DNA of 64,000 bases. Source: Vicugna vicugna. Taxonomy: Eukaryota. Under the pieces are notes generated by a model. It did not search any database. It worked only from the letters and a program-made list of their open reading frames with translations, and was not told the DNA's origin. Below are positions 62,546 through 64,000 of the stretch, piece by piece. The DNA lies in assembly GCA_013265495.1 (NCBI GenBank), contig MU057989.1, forward strand, positions 1,691,513-1,755,512, written 5' to 3'. Each line of letters begins with the position of its first letter. Within the stretch, counting starts at the first letter, position 1. A program made the translations under genes and the position numbers.

Positions 62546-63310
62546 ATTATCTGTTTATAATTCTGGCATGAGAGCTTTTAAAATGCTTCTAAAAACGGAA
62601 TCATTGTGAAAATATTAATTACAACGATATTGATATATTCCGCTAGAAAGAACAGGAAAAATGGGCCTGCTTCAGTTTTCTAACTTCAAGCCAAATACAA
62701 GTTTTGATTCCCCTTCTGTTAAATCAAATGAGGCTCCACTGGCTTTTGCTAGTGTAGAGAGAAATCAAATTATGGGTAAGGGCCAAGATGGGAAAATCAG
62801 CCATAGGTGTTCCTGTGCAATAAATCCCCATTGAGAGTGCACATGACTCATCTGTCAGCAGGCCTGAGAAGAGAAAACTGTCAGTGTCACTTCATACGGC
62901 ACTGTCTGTGAGCCTGCCGGTAGCGCTCTGACAGGGTGTGTACTGAATCTGAGGCTCACCCAGGTGACAGGGTGGATAAATAGCTTGGGCTTGATAAAGC
63001 TATTCTGAATAGTATACACCTAGGTTTCTATTAATTAGTGGAAAAGTTACGAGAAGCAGAAATTATATTGTGAGAGGTGCCGGGGTGGATGCAGTAATAA
63101 ACATACAAACTGATAAGACTGATGATCATGGCGGTCCTTCGTCAATCATTTAACTGCATCAGTAACGGTTTACAATCACCCAAAGGGGCTGACACCGTTT
63201 CACCCTTTCTGCATTTGCATATAGCTTAGGACTTTCCATTCAATTCATGCGAGGATTGCTACATTTCAATTGGAATCATTATTGAAAGAATTCTGACTGA
63301 ATATATTTAA
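62546..63310 (-). pseudogene. NUMT ND1 copy in inverted orientation
   Basis: Reverse complement gives gagcctcatttgatttaacagaaggggaatcaaaacttgt, gcaggcccatttttcctgttctttctagcggaata, catgccagaattata, collinear with 60003-60770. Confidence 0.9.
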
Positions 63311-63863
63311 GCAAGATGCAAGACTTATTTTTATGTAGGTAAAAGTAGTCGGTAGGCTTGAAATGCCTGGAAAGTAAATTACTTTTCAGAATTCTTGCCA
63401 ATACCACGCCAGAAACACAGAGGAAACATCAAACTTCCAATTAGAGGCCAAGCCTTTCCCAGATTCAGTTCACCCATCCTCCAAAAGTCGTTTAGAGGCA
63501 CTGTAGAAAGTCCACATGAGGAGCCACTGTCTTCCCTATTGTGGATGACCTGGCTGTGGCAAAAAGTGTGGGATTTCTGAATTCCAATTTTCCGTATCTT
63601 TTCACCAGAAAGCTACAAGAAATAGTAAATGAATTCAGGCAAGTTACACAGTCAATACACAGAATCAATCGCATTTATAAACACTAATAATGAACTGTCA
63701 AGAAAAGAAAGAAAACCACCTTTATAGGATTGCACGCAAAAAAACAAAATAGCTAGGAATCAACAGAAGCAAGGGTGTGAAAGACTTACACACTGAAAAC
63801 TTAAAGACAGTGATGAAGAAATTGGAAAAGACAGAAATAAAGGGTACAAAATATCTCATTCTT
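63311..63863 (+). repeat. Third, more diverged copy (unit C) of the segmental unit
   Basis: caagatgcaagacttatttttatgtaggtaaa matches 46341; agaggccaagc, gtggatgacctg, gaattccaattttcc, then the same L1 ORF2 piece. Confidence 0.88.
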
Positions 63864-64000
63864 GGATGTGCGTGTGATCTGGCTGTGACACCTGTCATCC
63901 CATTGATCGCCAGGGTTGATTCGGCTGATCTGGCTGGCTAGATGGGTGTCCCCTTCCTCCCTCACGGCTCCATGTGTGTCTCTCCCAAAGCTGTGTGCTA
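63864..64000 (+). pseudogene. 7SK snRNA retropseudogene (5' part, runs off window)
   Basis: ggatgtg...gatctggctgtgacacctgtcatcccattgatcgccagggttgattcggctgatctggctggctag...gggtgtccccttcctccctcac matches the 7SK 5' hairpin; CpG>TpG decay; inserted into L1 with no upstream Pol III promoter. Confidence 0.93.

Noticed and set aside
1..64000. CRISPR arrays, operons or prokaryotic systems
   Set aside because: The sequence is mammalian; no repeat-spacer arrays or intronless gene clusters were seen.

Overview
Mammalian genomic DNA, most likely camelid, judged from the repeated tRNA-derived vic-1-type SINE. The left ~44 kb is GC-rich and holds the 5' half of periplakin (PPL) on the minus strand: coding exons 2-12 at 51-10603 with GT-AG sites and consistent phases, a ~19.7 kb intron 1, and exon 1 at ~30341-30402 in a CpG island beside a 142-N gap. 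Exon 1 lacks its ATG in this assembly. Upstream are an AP-1-rich candidate enhancer, old MIR/L2/L1M/MLT/MER repeats and a clean solo LTR. At ~43.9 kb the sequence abruptly becomes an AT-rich duplicated mosaic. This has a ~2.4 kb tandem unit of scrambled L1 plus unidentified modules (third copy at 63.3 kb) and a ~12.5 kb decayed, multi-copy nuclear mitochondrial insertion (NUMT). The NUMT covers control region-12S-16S-ND1-ND2, repeated head-to-tail with an ND2-to-control-region junction and an inverted ND1 copy, and carries nested L1/SINE insertions with target-site duplications (TSDs). A 7SK retropseudogene lies at the right edge. All identifications come from recognising sequence by eye; no searches were run and repeat/NUMT boundaries are approximate.
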